From Parcubacteria group bacterium (GTDB lineage Bacteria > Patescibacteriota > Minisyncoccia > Phycocordibacterales > Phycocordibacteraceae): 64,000 nucleotides of DNA. The DNA is taken from positions 31,235 to 95,234 of the forward strand of contig JAQBRG010000002.1 in NCBI GenBank assembly GCA_028286615.1. The letters are read 5' to 3'. Shown here in pieces: positions 48,756-57,175 of the stretch. Position numbers and translations under genes: made by a program. Within the stretch, counting starts at the first letter, position 1, and the number at the start of each line of letters is the position of its first letter. The notes beneath the pieces are model-generated. The model was given only the letters and a program-made list of their open reading frames with translations, searched no databases and was not told the origin of the DNA.

Positions 48756-49112
48756 TTATGTTATACGGCCGAAGTCGTCTTCAACTCGTTCAATATCGTT
48801 CTCGTCGAACTCCCCACGCGCAATCTCCAAGACTTTGATGCCAGCAGGGCCGCCCGTAAGACGATGAAGGGTATCTACTGGAATCTCAATCCGGTCTCCA
48901 ACGGATACTTCTTTCTCCACGTCTCCAATATGAACGGTGCCGCTACCCTCTATAACTTGCCAAAACTCAGAGCGTCTCGAATGTTTCTGTAGAGAGAATC
49001 GCTTCTCAGGGTGTACCGTCAGAATCTTAACGGTACACGGTTCGTTATGTATGAATTGGTCAAATCCACCCCAGGGACGGTCTTCGTGGTATGTGTCTAG
49101 GTTCATGGCCAT
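48756..49112 (-). CDS. Cupin-domain protein, type II mannose-6-phosphate isomerase-like
   Basis: EDRPWGGFDQF is the RPWG motif of cupin-type MPI. Metal-binding pattern QKHSRRSEFWQVIEGSG...H. Length 118 aa. Confidence 0.65.
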   Translation of the reverse strand: MAMNLDTYHEDRPWGGFDQFIHNEPCTVKILTVHPEKRFSLQKHSRRSEFWQVIEGSGTVHIGDVEKEVSVGDRIEIPVDTLHRLTGGPAGIKVLEIARGEFDENDIERVEDDFGRIT

Positions 49113-49177
49113 TTACATACAGCATAGAGCATAAAAGGACATTAAGGGCCTCTTATGCGTGTATAACAAGACATATC

Positions 49178-49678
49178 TTAGTTGCTAAGACAGAATTTGG
49201 CGCTGCCTGGAATAGGACCCTCTGCATGTCCATCAGCACATACGGTTACGCGTGCTGTGGCGAAATCTTGAACGATGGTGTATCCCGTATCGTAGTTTTC
49301 TCCTGAGGCACACGTTGGGGCCGTACATGTGTTAAACCCTTCCTTTGGATCCATAGGCAATTCGCTCATGTATGTAGGCACAAGACATGGCCTAATGTCG
49401 AAGCCGCTTTGCGAATTAGCCATAGGAAGTTTAACTGCGGGTAACGACGCGCAGGAGCCTTTAGGAAAGATACCCCTGTTATCAGCAAGACGCTGACCAA
49501 TACCGTTAAGTATGGCTGCCACGTTCGCTTCACGTTGCGAGTTTCTTGCCTGAGCAAACTGCCTCATGGGATTAATAGACACAATCACAACAGTTGCCAG
49601 AATTGCGAGCATGCCAATAACGACAAGAATTTCGATGAGGGTAAAACCTCGCTGCACAGGGTTGGTAGTAATATGCAT
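49178..49678 (-). CDS. Type IV pilin / pseudopilin (prepilin-type N-terminal cleavage/methylation domain)
   Basis: Leader plus RGFTLIEILVVIGMLAILATVV is the class III signal peptide. Length 166 aa. Confidence 0.8.
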   Translation of the reverse strand: MHITTNPVQRGFTLIEILVVIGMLAILATVVIVSINPMRQFAQARNSQREANVAAILNGIGQRLADNRGIFPKGSCASLPAVKLPMANSQSGFDIRPCLVPTYMSELPMDPKEGFNTCTAPTCASGENYDTGYTIVQDFATARVTVCADGHAEGPIPGSAKFCLSN

Positions 49679-49750
49679 GGAATTATTATTAGTCTGGTAC
49701 GCCTAGAGCATACGCAAACACACCCCTGGTTTCTGCTAGAAAACGATAAA

Positions 49751-50116
49751 TTATTTATGAAATGTGAATTGCCGCTCTACGACTACAGATTCTGATCGCC
49801 CTTGAGTAGCGACAGTATAAGAATCGCCATGCAATTCAACGCTTAAAACACTGCACGTTAGATCTCGGTCAAGCGTTAGAACGTCACCTGATGGAGCTGG
49901 TCTGTAAGAAGGAATTATTTTCAGCTTCCTTTGCACAAGCTCAGCACATGCTATAGCCTGTGCTTTTGCTTGTGTGTGGAGTTCTGCTTCAAAAAGTGTG
50001 AGCCTAAGAGAAATAATCTCTCTAGCTCCTTGAAGAACAAGGACTATAAGCACTGAACTAATGACCAGGATGCTAATTAACGCTGCGTACCCTCGATGTA
50101 GTTTGGTACTCTTCAT
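49751..50116 (-). CDS. Hypothetical small pilus-associated protein (hydrophobic N-terminus, no canonical G-FTLIE)
   Basis: 121 aa. N-terminal YAALISILVISSVLIVLVL. Embedded in the pilin operon and overlaps the upstream gene by 4 nt. Confidence 0.4.
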   Translation of the reverse strand: MKSTKLHRGYAALISILVISSVLIVLVLQGAREIISLRLTLFEAELHTQAKAQAIACAELVQRKLKIIPSYRPAPSGDVLTLDRDLTCSVLSVELHGDSYTVATQGRSESVVVERQFTFHK

Positions 50117-50535
50117 GGCAGATAAAGTCGCGCACTGTATGTTGTCGAGGCAATCGAGAATGAATACTCATAAATTTCAGATATAGATACCTTAAAATCA
50201 GTAACAACAATATTGTTACTATTTAAAGGCATGGCAACTGTATTTTTCTTTAAAATAAAGTCTCCTTCGTCACTATAAAACTTCACTACATCACCCGTGT
50301 TGTTTTGAAGGACTAAGATCTCTGAGGAAGTGTCACCCGTCTGAACAATAAATCCTTGGTCTTCAAACGAAGATATTTTTGCAAGTATAAACAAAGCCTC
50401 TTCCTTGGAGACTATTTCAATATGGTTTTCTTCAGCTGAGCTTTGGACTTGTAAATAGCAAGCAATTAGACCAGAAACCAAGATGCTAAACAGTGCGATG
50501 TATATGAGTGTTTCAAATAAGGTAAATGCACGCAT
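50113..50535 (-). CDS. Pseudopilin / minor pilin
   Basis: MRAFTLFETLIYIALFSILVSGLIA is a prepilin-type N-terminus. Confidence 0.7.
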   Translation of the reverse strand: MRAFTLFETLIYIALFSILVSGLIACYLQVQSSAEENHIEIVSKEEALFILAKISSFEDQGFIVQTGDTSSEILVLQNNTGDVVKFYSDEGDFILKKNTVAMPLNSNNIVVTDFKVSISEIYEYSFSIASTTYSARLYLP

Positions 50536-50537
50536 AA

Positions 50538-52007
50538 CTAAGAGCCAGCTATGGCTGTTAAATACCCAAAACCCAAGCTATTCGAAGAGGCTACATATAA
50601 AGTGCCGCCATGACATTTAAGTGCGCTTGCCGTCTGGTTAACCCCAAGAGGCGTCTGATATATCTGTTTGGTGTTAGCGGTGTTATATGTGTCCCATATA
50701 CCAAGCTCGTTCCCGGTAAGAAGAAATGCAAGATCTCCCTGAGACTCAATCCCATACACATTCTTATAGGTGTGTTGGGTGTAGCTATTTCCTAACCCGC
50801 CGTCTGGTTTGAGGTCGAAAGAATAAAATTCAGGCACCGTATCATTTACGTGTGTTCTTACAAAGAGAAGACGATCTCCAGAAATAGCGAGATCTCGAGG
50901 GTATGCGATACCCGGTACTTGAAGTCCTGTTCCAACTTTCTTAATGGATCGTGGGTTGCTAATGTCTAGGACCAGTAAGTCTACGCCAGTATTGCTGTGA
51001 TCTTCCGTAGCGACATATGCATAATTCCCTTGCACAAGAATTGCCTCAACACCAAGTCCTATACGATAGCTTCCAAGTAGAACCAGTCGCGCAGGATTCC
51101 TAGCATCAAGAATATTGAACTCGCTACCTGCTTTTGTCTTTACTAATCCAACGTAGAGTCGATGTTGGTAATAGGTAAGACTTTGAACCGCTGCGCTGCG
51201 CCCGTTCGCATCTATAGCTTTAGGAGTCGAGGATGTCGGGAATTTATAACTGCTAAGGAAAGACGATTTGTTACTCGCACTGAGTTTATAAGTTCTAATC
51301 TGATCACACGAAGATGCTGTTCTGCATGTGACTGCACTAGCGCTTCCGAAGGAGTTTCCTGCGTATGCATATCCATCTCCAATCTCTACAGCGGAAAACC
51401 CAACTGTACTCATCGGTGCATTATCAAAGCTCGCAATTGTTTTCGGAGAAGCTGGGTTTACGAGGTTCACAAAAAAGATAGTCGGATCACTTACCCTTGA
51501 AGTAGACTGAACTGTAATTGCCGCTAAAGTGTCTGAGAAAGCGAGGTCAGTAATTGGATAGGAGCCCTTGGGAGTAACACGAGCACTCGAAACAGCACGA
51601 GCACGAGACCAATCTCCTGTGGGTACGGGATCGCAATCTGAATTAAGATTTTCAGTATTTGTAATTGCTGAACGTACTGATGCAAAGCGTGTCTCACCCA
51701 TACCATCCTCCCAGGAAATTGTGGCCGAGAATTTCTTTGTGGCCCCGTTTGCCGTTGAAGAAGAGGCACCGCTTGTCTCATAAGAACCTATGGTAGTAGT
51801 CCCAATGGTAATTATGTTTGAGAAATTACCCTTTGCTCGTATCCGTGCATCATCAAGCATTTCAGAAACTTGGTCTATTGCAGTACCGCGTAAGGCAATA
51901 TTTTCAAGCATCGTTGGGGTACCAAGCACCACTAACAAAACCGCTACTAGTGTGCTGATACCAATAGCAAACGCAATAAGTATTTCAAGAGTAGAAAAGC
52001 CTCGCAT
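50538..52007 (-). CDS. Large pilin-like protein with prepilin N-terminus and beta-propeller-like (LVIVD-type) repeats, candidate tip adhesin
   Basis: MRGFSTLEILIAFAIGISTLVAVLLVVLG. Its 489 aa include repeated blocks ending in ...YAYVA..., ...LLVLDISNP... and ...LYVASSN... Confidence 0.65.
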   Translation of the reverse strand: MRGFSTLEILIAFAIGISTLVAVLLVVLGTPTMLENIALRGTAIDQVSEMLDDARIRAKGNFSNIITIGTTTIGSYETSGASSSTANGATKKFSATISWEDGMGETRFASVRSAITNTENLNSDCDPVPTGDWSRARAVSSARVTPKGSYPITDLAFSDTLAAITVQSTSRVSDPTIFFVNLVNPASPKTIASFDNAPMSTVGFSAVEIGDGYAYAGNSFGSASAVTCRTASSCDQIRTYKLSASNKSSFLSSYKFPTSSTPKAIDANGRSAAVQSLTYYQHRLYVGLVKTKAGSEFNILDARNPARLVLLGSYRIGLGVEAILVQGNYAYVATEDHSNTGVDLLVLDISNPRSIKKVGTGLQVPGIAYPRDLAISGDRLLFVRTHVNDTVPEFYSFDLKPDGGLGNSYTQHTYKNVYGIESQGDLAFLLTGNELGIWDTYNTANTKQIYQTPLGVNQTASALKCHGGTLYVASSNSLGFGYLTAIAGS

Positions 52008-52018
52008 ATAAGTAGAAG

Positions 52019-52462
52019 TTATTCATTGACGCGGATGCCGCCTTCAGAATTTATAAATATGGTATCCATATGATCTGGATATACGAGATGCATTGAGCCC
52101 GGATTTAAGACCCCACCATCTTGTGCACTGAATACGATCTCGGTTAGGCCTTCCACGTGAAAATCTTGTTCTTGATTTACACGCTCCCCATCGTTTGTAC
52201 GGTCTACATACGAGGAGCCTTCAAATCGAACGAAAGAATTATTTATGTAGATAACCCCGTGAGAGGGAGGGTGTGCGCATGATTCAGCACACGCACCCTG
52301 AAGCGTGTCTGCGCGGGCACGTCGGAGCATCTCCACCACTATTTCTGTCTCGTTACGGTTCTGTGCACGGGTAAGGCTCGTAACTTCAACAACACTCATC
52401 ACTAAGCCAATAGAAACCAGAGCAAGCACTATAAGAGTCTCGAATATTGTGAAGCCCCTCAT
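52019..52462 (-). CDS. Pseudopilin / minor pilin
   Basis: MRGFTIFETLIVLALVSIGLVMSVVEV is a prepilin-type N-terminus. Confidence 0.75.
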   Translation of the reverse strand: MRGFTIFETLIVLALVSIGLVMSVVEVTSLTRAQNRNETEIVVEMLRRARADTLQGACAESCAHPPSHGVIYINNSFVRFEGSSYVDRTNDGERVNQEQDFHVEGLTEIVFSAQDGGVLNPGSMHLVYPDHMDTIFINSEGGIRVNE

Positions 52463-52464
52463 AG

Positions 52465-53538
52465 TTAACGGATGCCTACATCCTGAGTTATCTGGTACAC
52501 AGGCGTAATGATTGCTAAAGCAATGAAGCCAACCATAAGACCGATGACAATCATCAATACCGGCTCAATGAGAGTCGCAAGATCTTTTGAAAGCTGCTCC
52601 AGCTCCTCCTCATACATACGTTCGATAATCGAGAGGCTTTGATGGAGCGTGCCAGTTGCCTCTCCTGTTGAAAGCAGTTGTATGCAAGAAAGGGGAATCA
52701 GACGAGTCTGAGACTTGAATGCGTCTGAAATTTTCCCTCCTGCTCGCACTGTCTGCACAGCTTGTATGAGAACTTCTCTGTACAACAAAGAAGGGCTCGC
52801 TTCCGCAGCAAGGGCGAGCGCTGGCATGAGTTGTACACGATTAGCGACTAACGTGGATAGGACATGACCCAAAGACGTTAAGGCATGTGCCTTAAACACA
52901 CGCCCAAGAAGTGGAATGGCGTAAAGAAATTTCTCACGAGCACGTTGTATGTGCTCGTATCGCTGTGCCCACCAAAACACCGAGATAAGAATTATTATTC
53001 CCATAAACACATACAGCCCATAATCCGACGTGAAGTTGCTCACCTTAATAAGTAATCGAGTTGAAAAGGGAAGCTCTGATTTGAAGCCTTCGAACAGAGG
53101 AACTATTTTTGGAAACGCGTAGGTAGTTAGCATTATGCAGATTCCAATGGTTGATATCACAATAATGCCAGGATATATAAGAGCACTTAACGCCTTTTGA
53201 CGTACTGTACGTTGTTTCTTTAGTGTTAAGCCTGCGTGCTCAAGGCTATCCGCAAGAGTGCCACTACTCTCTCCCATGCGAATAAGGGTTATGGTGAAGT
53301 GATCAAAATGTCGCGGAAATTCGTTGAGTGCATCCGCGAGCGCTCGTCCAGCGGACACAGCCTTAGCAAGTGAGGTAATGATAAAGACAGTTCCTTTATT
53401 TCTTTCTGTCTCTTGCATAAAGTCGAGTGCAGTAAGAAGCGGCATGCCAGATGCGAGGAATGTTGAAAGCTGGCGCGCGAAGAGAATGCGTTCCTGAGCC
53501 CCAAACATAAGGAAAAGAGGTCTCTCGTTATTGCGCAT
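52465..53538 (-). CDS. Type IV pilus / T2SS platform protein (PilC/GspF family)
   Basis: 357 aa with duplicated GspF domains and three TM segments (ARQLSTFLASGMPLLTAL ... LATLIEPVLMIVIGLMVGFIALAI). Confidence 0.85.
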   Translation of the reverse strand: MRNNERPLFLMFGAQERILFARQLSTFLASGMPLLTALDFMQETERNKGTVFIITSLAKAVSAGRALADALNEFPRHFDHFTITLIRMGESSGTLADSLEHAGLTLKKQRTVRQKALSALIYPGIIVISTIGICIMLTTYAFPKIVPLFEGFKSELPFSTRLLIKVSNFTSDYGLYVFMGIIILISVFWWAQRYEHIQRAREKFLYAIPLLGRVFKAHALTSLGHVLSTLVANRVQLMPALALAAEASPSLLYREVLIQAVQTVRAGGKISDAFKSQTRLIPLSCIQLLSTGEATGTLHQSLSIIERMYEEELEQLSKDLATLIEPVLMIVIGLMVGFIALAIITPVYQITQDVGIR

Positions 53539-54769
53539 GGCAGACTCGTAAGACCTCAGAGAGGGTGGTAATACCGCTTGCCGCTTTTCGTATTCCGTCG
53601 AGCATCAGTGAGTGCAAACCTAACGGCGTACCTATACTCCCTCCAAATATATCTTCAGGATCACCAAACAAGACCTCGGGAACTAAGTCACGAGGCTCGA
53701 CCACCTCGTAAAGCCCAACTCGTCCCTTAAAGCCATTTGCGCAGGACGCACACCCAACCCCTTTAAAGAGTTTCTGAGGAATCCTCTCATTTGCAGGCAG
53801 CATCTCAGAAAGCAGGTGTTGTTCATTTAACGACGGAGTATGTTCAACTTTGCATTCTGCACATATACGACGTACTAGTCTTTGGGCAATAATCAGTCTG
53901 ACTGTAGAGGCAAGGAGATAGGGCTCAACCCCAAGATCGAGAAGACGAGGAATCGAGGTGAGCGCATCAGTAGCATGTAGCGTCGACAAGACCAGGTGCC
54001 CTGTAAGAGCAGCGTTTATGGCCAGTCCGGCGGTCTCCCTATCTCGTATCTCTCCAACAATGAGCACATCTGGATCCTGCCGAAGAATTGCACGTAGGCC
54101 AGTTGAGAAGGTTAATCCTGCGCTGTGATTAGTTTCAATTTGGCGTACACCAGGAAGAGAATACTCGATAGGGTCTTCAATCGATACTAGAGAACGGTCA
54201 GGAATATTAAGTATTTTCGCAAACGTATAAAGTGATGACGTTTTTCCGCTGCCTGTAGGGCCTGTAACAAGAATGAGGCCGTGTGGGTGAGTAAGGGTGT
54301 TTTCTATCTTTACGCGATGCTCATCCATAAAACCAAGACCTTCAAGAGTCATGGACTCTGATCGAGGAGAAAGAAGACGTAGAACAACGTTGCCGCCATG
54401 ATACGTAGGCATAATTGATACTCGGATATCGAGCCAGTCGTGAGAAGACAGAGCAAATCTAAATCGGCCGTCCTGAGGAAGCTGGTGCTCATCCGTTCGT
54501 AACCCAGCTAACACACGAACTCGTGAAAGAAGCTCTGCGTGTATCTTTTGCGGGAACTTGTAGCGTTCTTCAAGAATTCCGTCACAACGGAATCGTATTC
54601 TTACTGATTCTCCCTCGGGGTCCATGTGTAGATCAGAGGTTCCAGCAACTTGTGCCTCACCGATCAAAGCATCTAAAAGAGCTATTACTGAAAGTCGATC
54701 ACCATTTGAAAGTTCTCTGTTAACTGCTGTATTTTTTTGACGACTCTTACGTGTTGTTTGTTCTGGCAT
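53528..54769 (-). CDS. Type IV pilus assembly ATPase (PilB/GspE family)
   Basis: Walker A LVTGPTGSGKTSSLY, Asp box ILRQDPDVLIVGEIRD, His box. C-terminal tetra-Cys CAECK...CASC. Confidence 0.9.
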   Translation of the reverse strand: MPEQTTRKSRQKNTAVNRELSNGDRLSVIALLDALIGEAQVAGTSDLHMDPEGESVRIRFRCDGILEERYKFPQKIHAELLSRVRVLAGLRTDEHQLPQDGRFRFALSSHDWLDIRVSIMPTYHGGNVVLRLLSPRSESMTLEGLGFMDEHRVKIENTLTHPHGLILVTGPTGSGKTSSLYTFAKILNIPDRSLVSIEDPIEYSLPGVRQIETNHSAGLTFSTGLRAILRQDPDVLIVGEIRDRETAGLAINAALTGHLVLSTLHATDALTSIPRLLDLGVEPYLLASTVRLIIAQRLVRRICAECKVEHTPSLNEQHLLSEMLPANERIPQKLFKGVGCASCANGFKGRVGLYEVVEPRDLVPEVLFGDPEDIFGGSIGTPLGLHSLMLDGIRKAASGITTLSEVLRVCHAQ

Positions 54770-54832
54770 GGATAGGAGAGTACCCTATGCCGATTAAATC
54801 CATTTAAGATTCTCTTAAGATAAAACTGAATC

Positions 54833-55141
54833 CTATGTATCTTCTGCCTTTCGACCCCATCGCCAAACAGGACGTTCACCGTATCGATAGCAAATTCGTA
54901 TAAGTCCGAACGTTAAGAACGCAATCCAGGCTATAAATTCAAGGATACTGAAAAGATTGTTGCGTAAGTCAGCACCCCCTGTCTCTGTGGTCGTCCCAAG
55001 CCAGCCCATGAACAGGATTACAGATCCTGCATACAGAAAACCAAAGATGAGAGTAATGAGCCAACCTTGCCAGGTAACGGGTACCCAACCCCAACCGTAA
55101 TCTTTAGCACGAAACCATAGTCTTTTCTGCGATTTCTTCAT
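54833..55141 (-). CDS. Hypothetical small membrane protein
   Basis: 102 aa, Trp-rich, with two TM helices. Confidence 0.4.
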   Translation of the reverse strand: MKKSQKRLWFRAKDYGWGWVPVTWQGWLITLIFGFLYAGSVILFMGWLGTTTETGGADLRNNLFSILEFIAWIAFLTFGLIRICYRYGERPVWRWGRKAEDT

Positions 55142-55275
55142 GCGCTTATCGTAACATCTTGCATTACTAATTTTTTGTACTACACTCTATACAAATCTAC
55201 TCTTAATATCTGTAAAATGATCTTGAGAGGAAGATGCAATGAGCTTCGGCCTACCCCTTAGGGGGTTAAATGGAA

Positions 55276-55683
55276 TTAGCTGCCAAAGAGTCTTTCTCTG
55301 GCAGCTTTTTTCGCTGCCTCGAATTCAGAATCAGAAAGTGTATGCATTTTCCACTTGAGACGTTTTGAGCTCACAGGTCTAGTTTGCGACAAAATTGCGG
55401 CCGCTTCTGTTTCTCTTACTTCTCCTAGTGGATAGTAGAAAACAGAATCCTTAATCTGTGAACTTAGCGGGATACCAATAAACAGGTTCTTATTAAACTT
55501 TCTTACAATTAAGATAGGTCTTAAGAAATCACCACCGCTACCGTTCTCCTCATGGCCTACATTCTTGCCTAAGTGACAAAGCCAGACCTCTTTGACCCGA
55601 AAGCGCGGAATATCTGACGGCAATCTCGAATCAATTTGTTTCTTTAATAAATGCCACCTATCTAGATCTTCTTGTTTTGACAT
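55276..55683 (-). CDS. MazF/PemK-family toxin-like endoribonuclease (orphan)
   Basis: VWLCHLGKNVGHEENGSGGDFLRPILIVRKFNKNLFIGIPLSS matches the MazF/PemK pattern (W...G.E..G.RP.LV.S........V.PLTS). Confidence 0.55.
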   Translation of the reverse strand: MSKQEDLDRWHLLKKQIDSRLPSDIPRFRVKEVWLCHLGKNVGHEENGSGGDFLRPILIVRKFNKNLFIGIPLSSQIKDSVFYYPLGEVRETEAAAILSQTRPVSSKRLKWKMHTLSDSEFEAAKKAARERLFGS

Positions 55684-55736
55684 GGGCAGATTATGCCCTT
55701 TTGAGTTAAGAGAATTATGACGAGAGCTCCAAGCAA

Positions 55737-56000
55737 TTACATGTCATACACCGAATGGTCTCCAATCGAGAGAAATATGGCTGATTGGTCTTGTGTCTCC
55801 CATATAAAGATAATGCGAAAGCGATAATTTACGGAAAAGCTTAAACGTCCCTGAAGTTTTCCTTTGAGCTTATGTACCTTGAGAAGGGAGTGTTGCTTAA
55901 TATTCCGGAATAACTCTATCTTTTGGAAGACCTCCTCCTGGAGAGCTTTTGGAAGCTTCTTAAACTGACGCTTGAACTGCGGAGCGTAGGATACTTTCAT
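55737..56000 (-). CDS. RelE/ParE-family type II toxin
   Basis: 87 aa. MKVSYAPQFKRQFKKLPKALQEEVFQKIELF...NYRFRIIFIW is the RelE/YoeB-like architecture. Confidence 0.7.
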   Translation of the reverse strand: MKVSYAPQFKRQFKKLPKALQEEVFQKIELFRNIKQHSLLKVHKLKGKLQGRLSFSVNYRFRIIFIWETQDQSAIFLSIGDHSVYDM

Positions 56001-56003
56001 GAG

Positions 56004-56225
56004 TTATTCTCCAAGAAGTATTTTTCTAGCATCGTCTCCACGTAGAATCTTGCCGCTTGCTACTTCACGTTCGGCTCGAAGGACAGCCTCAATGGCTTCT
56101 TCCTCAGCAAACCAGGCAAGTGCGCGACGCATCACGTCAGCTTTGTTAGAGCCAGCCCCATTTGCCACAAGGGCGTCTAGACTTTCCTGAAGCTCAGCTG
56201 TTAGGGGTACAGATATTGTAGCCAT
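56004..56225 (-). CDS. Ribbon-helix-helix antitoxin
   Basis: 73 aa. MATISVPLTAELQESLDAL forms an RHH beta-strand plus helix. The gene ends 4 nt before the RelE start. Confidence 0.6.
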   Translation of the reverse strand: MATISVPLTAELQESLDALVANGAGSNKADVMRRALAWFAEEEAIEAVLRAEREVASGKILRGDDARKILLGE

Positions 56226-56414
56226 ATTTTGTCTTATAAATTAATATGATTATATATTACTCCCAATTCAGCCTAAATCAAGGGGTTTGCGGTGACGAGC
56301 TACTTGAATTTTAAGGGAAATAATGGGTGATTTAGTGAGCAAATAAGCCATATTATATCCTTGACAACCCAAACACCATTTGAGTCTAGATACGTCAAAA
56401 CAGAACACCAGCCC

Positions 56415-56443
56415 TTGACAGGTATGTCAATAGGTGCTAGTAT
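56415..56443 (+). promoter_or_regulatory. Candidate sigma-70-type promoter for the 3D-domain gene
   Basis: TTGACA (56415-56420), 17-nt spacer, TAGTAT (56438-56443). Confidence 0.4.
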
Positions 56444-56478
56444 AGCTCTACGAGTTCGTCTTCGGACGTCTCGTATAT

Positions 56479-57096
56479 ATGCCTTTTATTGCAATAGCCC
56501 TTATGGGCTTTTTCCTTTTGCCAGGTAGCGCAGGAACGCCCGCGCATGCAGAAATGACGCAAGTCACTGCAGCGCCCGCACCTGAGATCGTTGCTCCGGA
56601 GCTTACCCATAACAAGGTGGCCACCGCGCATGAATCAGGTCCTACGCTTACTGTGCATATGACGTCGTACAACGCTGTGCCTGAGCAGACAGACGGAGAT
56701 CCGTTTACTGCAGCCAGCGGGATGTTCTCGAACCCCGAGATCATCGCGGCACGATCACAGGACCTCGCGGCAGAGTTGCCGTTCGGTACTGTAGTCAAAA
56801 TAGAGCGCACTGCGAAGGACACTCCGTCCTGCCGCTTTAGCGAAGTTGAACACCTTATCGGGTACCGCGTGATTGGAGACACCATGAACGCGCGTATGAC
56901 TAACAAAATCGACGTGCTGTTTGACCCAACCGATACGGTTATGGTTAACGGCAAGGCGATGAACCCTAGTCGTGTGCTCGGTGTGTGTCAGGGAGTGTCA
57001 GTAACGGTGGTTGGCCATGTTAACCCCAAGAACGCACCTCAGACCCAGGCCGAACTCGTAACAATGTTCAGCGATGCTTCACTTGCAATGCGCTAA
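56479..57096 (+). CDS. Secreted 3D-domain protein (MltA-type 3D domain; YuiC-like cell-wall-binding/lytic)
   Basis: Signal peptide, then HMTSYNAVPEQTDGDPFTAASG, the 3D-domain Asp triad. High-GC composition. Confidence 0.6.
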   Translation: MPFIAIALMGFFLLPGSAGTPAHAEMTQVTAAPAPEIVAPELTHNKVATAHESGPTLTVHMTSYNAVPEQTDGDPFTAASGMFSNPEIIAARSQDLAAELPFGTVVKIERTAKDTPSCRFSEVEHLIGYRVIGDTMNARMTNKIDVLFDPTDTVMVNGKAMNPSRVLGVCQGVSVTVVGHVNPKNAPQTQAELVTMFSDASLAMR

Positions 57097-57130
57097 TTTA
57101 ATGCACATGGGCAATGAAGCCCTCACGCAA

Positions 57131-57160
57131 AACCCGCCTTCCGGCGGGTTTTGCTGTTTG
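57131..57160 (+). terminator. Rho-independent terminator
   Basis: aaacccgcc-ttcc-ggcgggtttt followed by gctgttt. Confidence 0.65.
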
Positions 57161-57175
57161 GTATACTAGACAACT

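Noticed and set aside
55279-55311. Plus-strand hairpin plus T-run (gctgccaaagagtctttctctggcagc-tttttt) inside the C-terminal codons of the minus-strand MazF-like gene
   Set aside because: It could terminate antisense transcription, but no plus-strand gene lies upstream. It is probably a coincidental structure within coding sequence.
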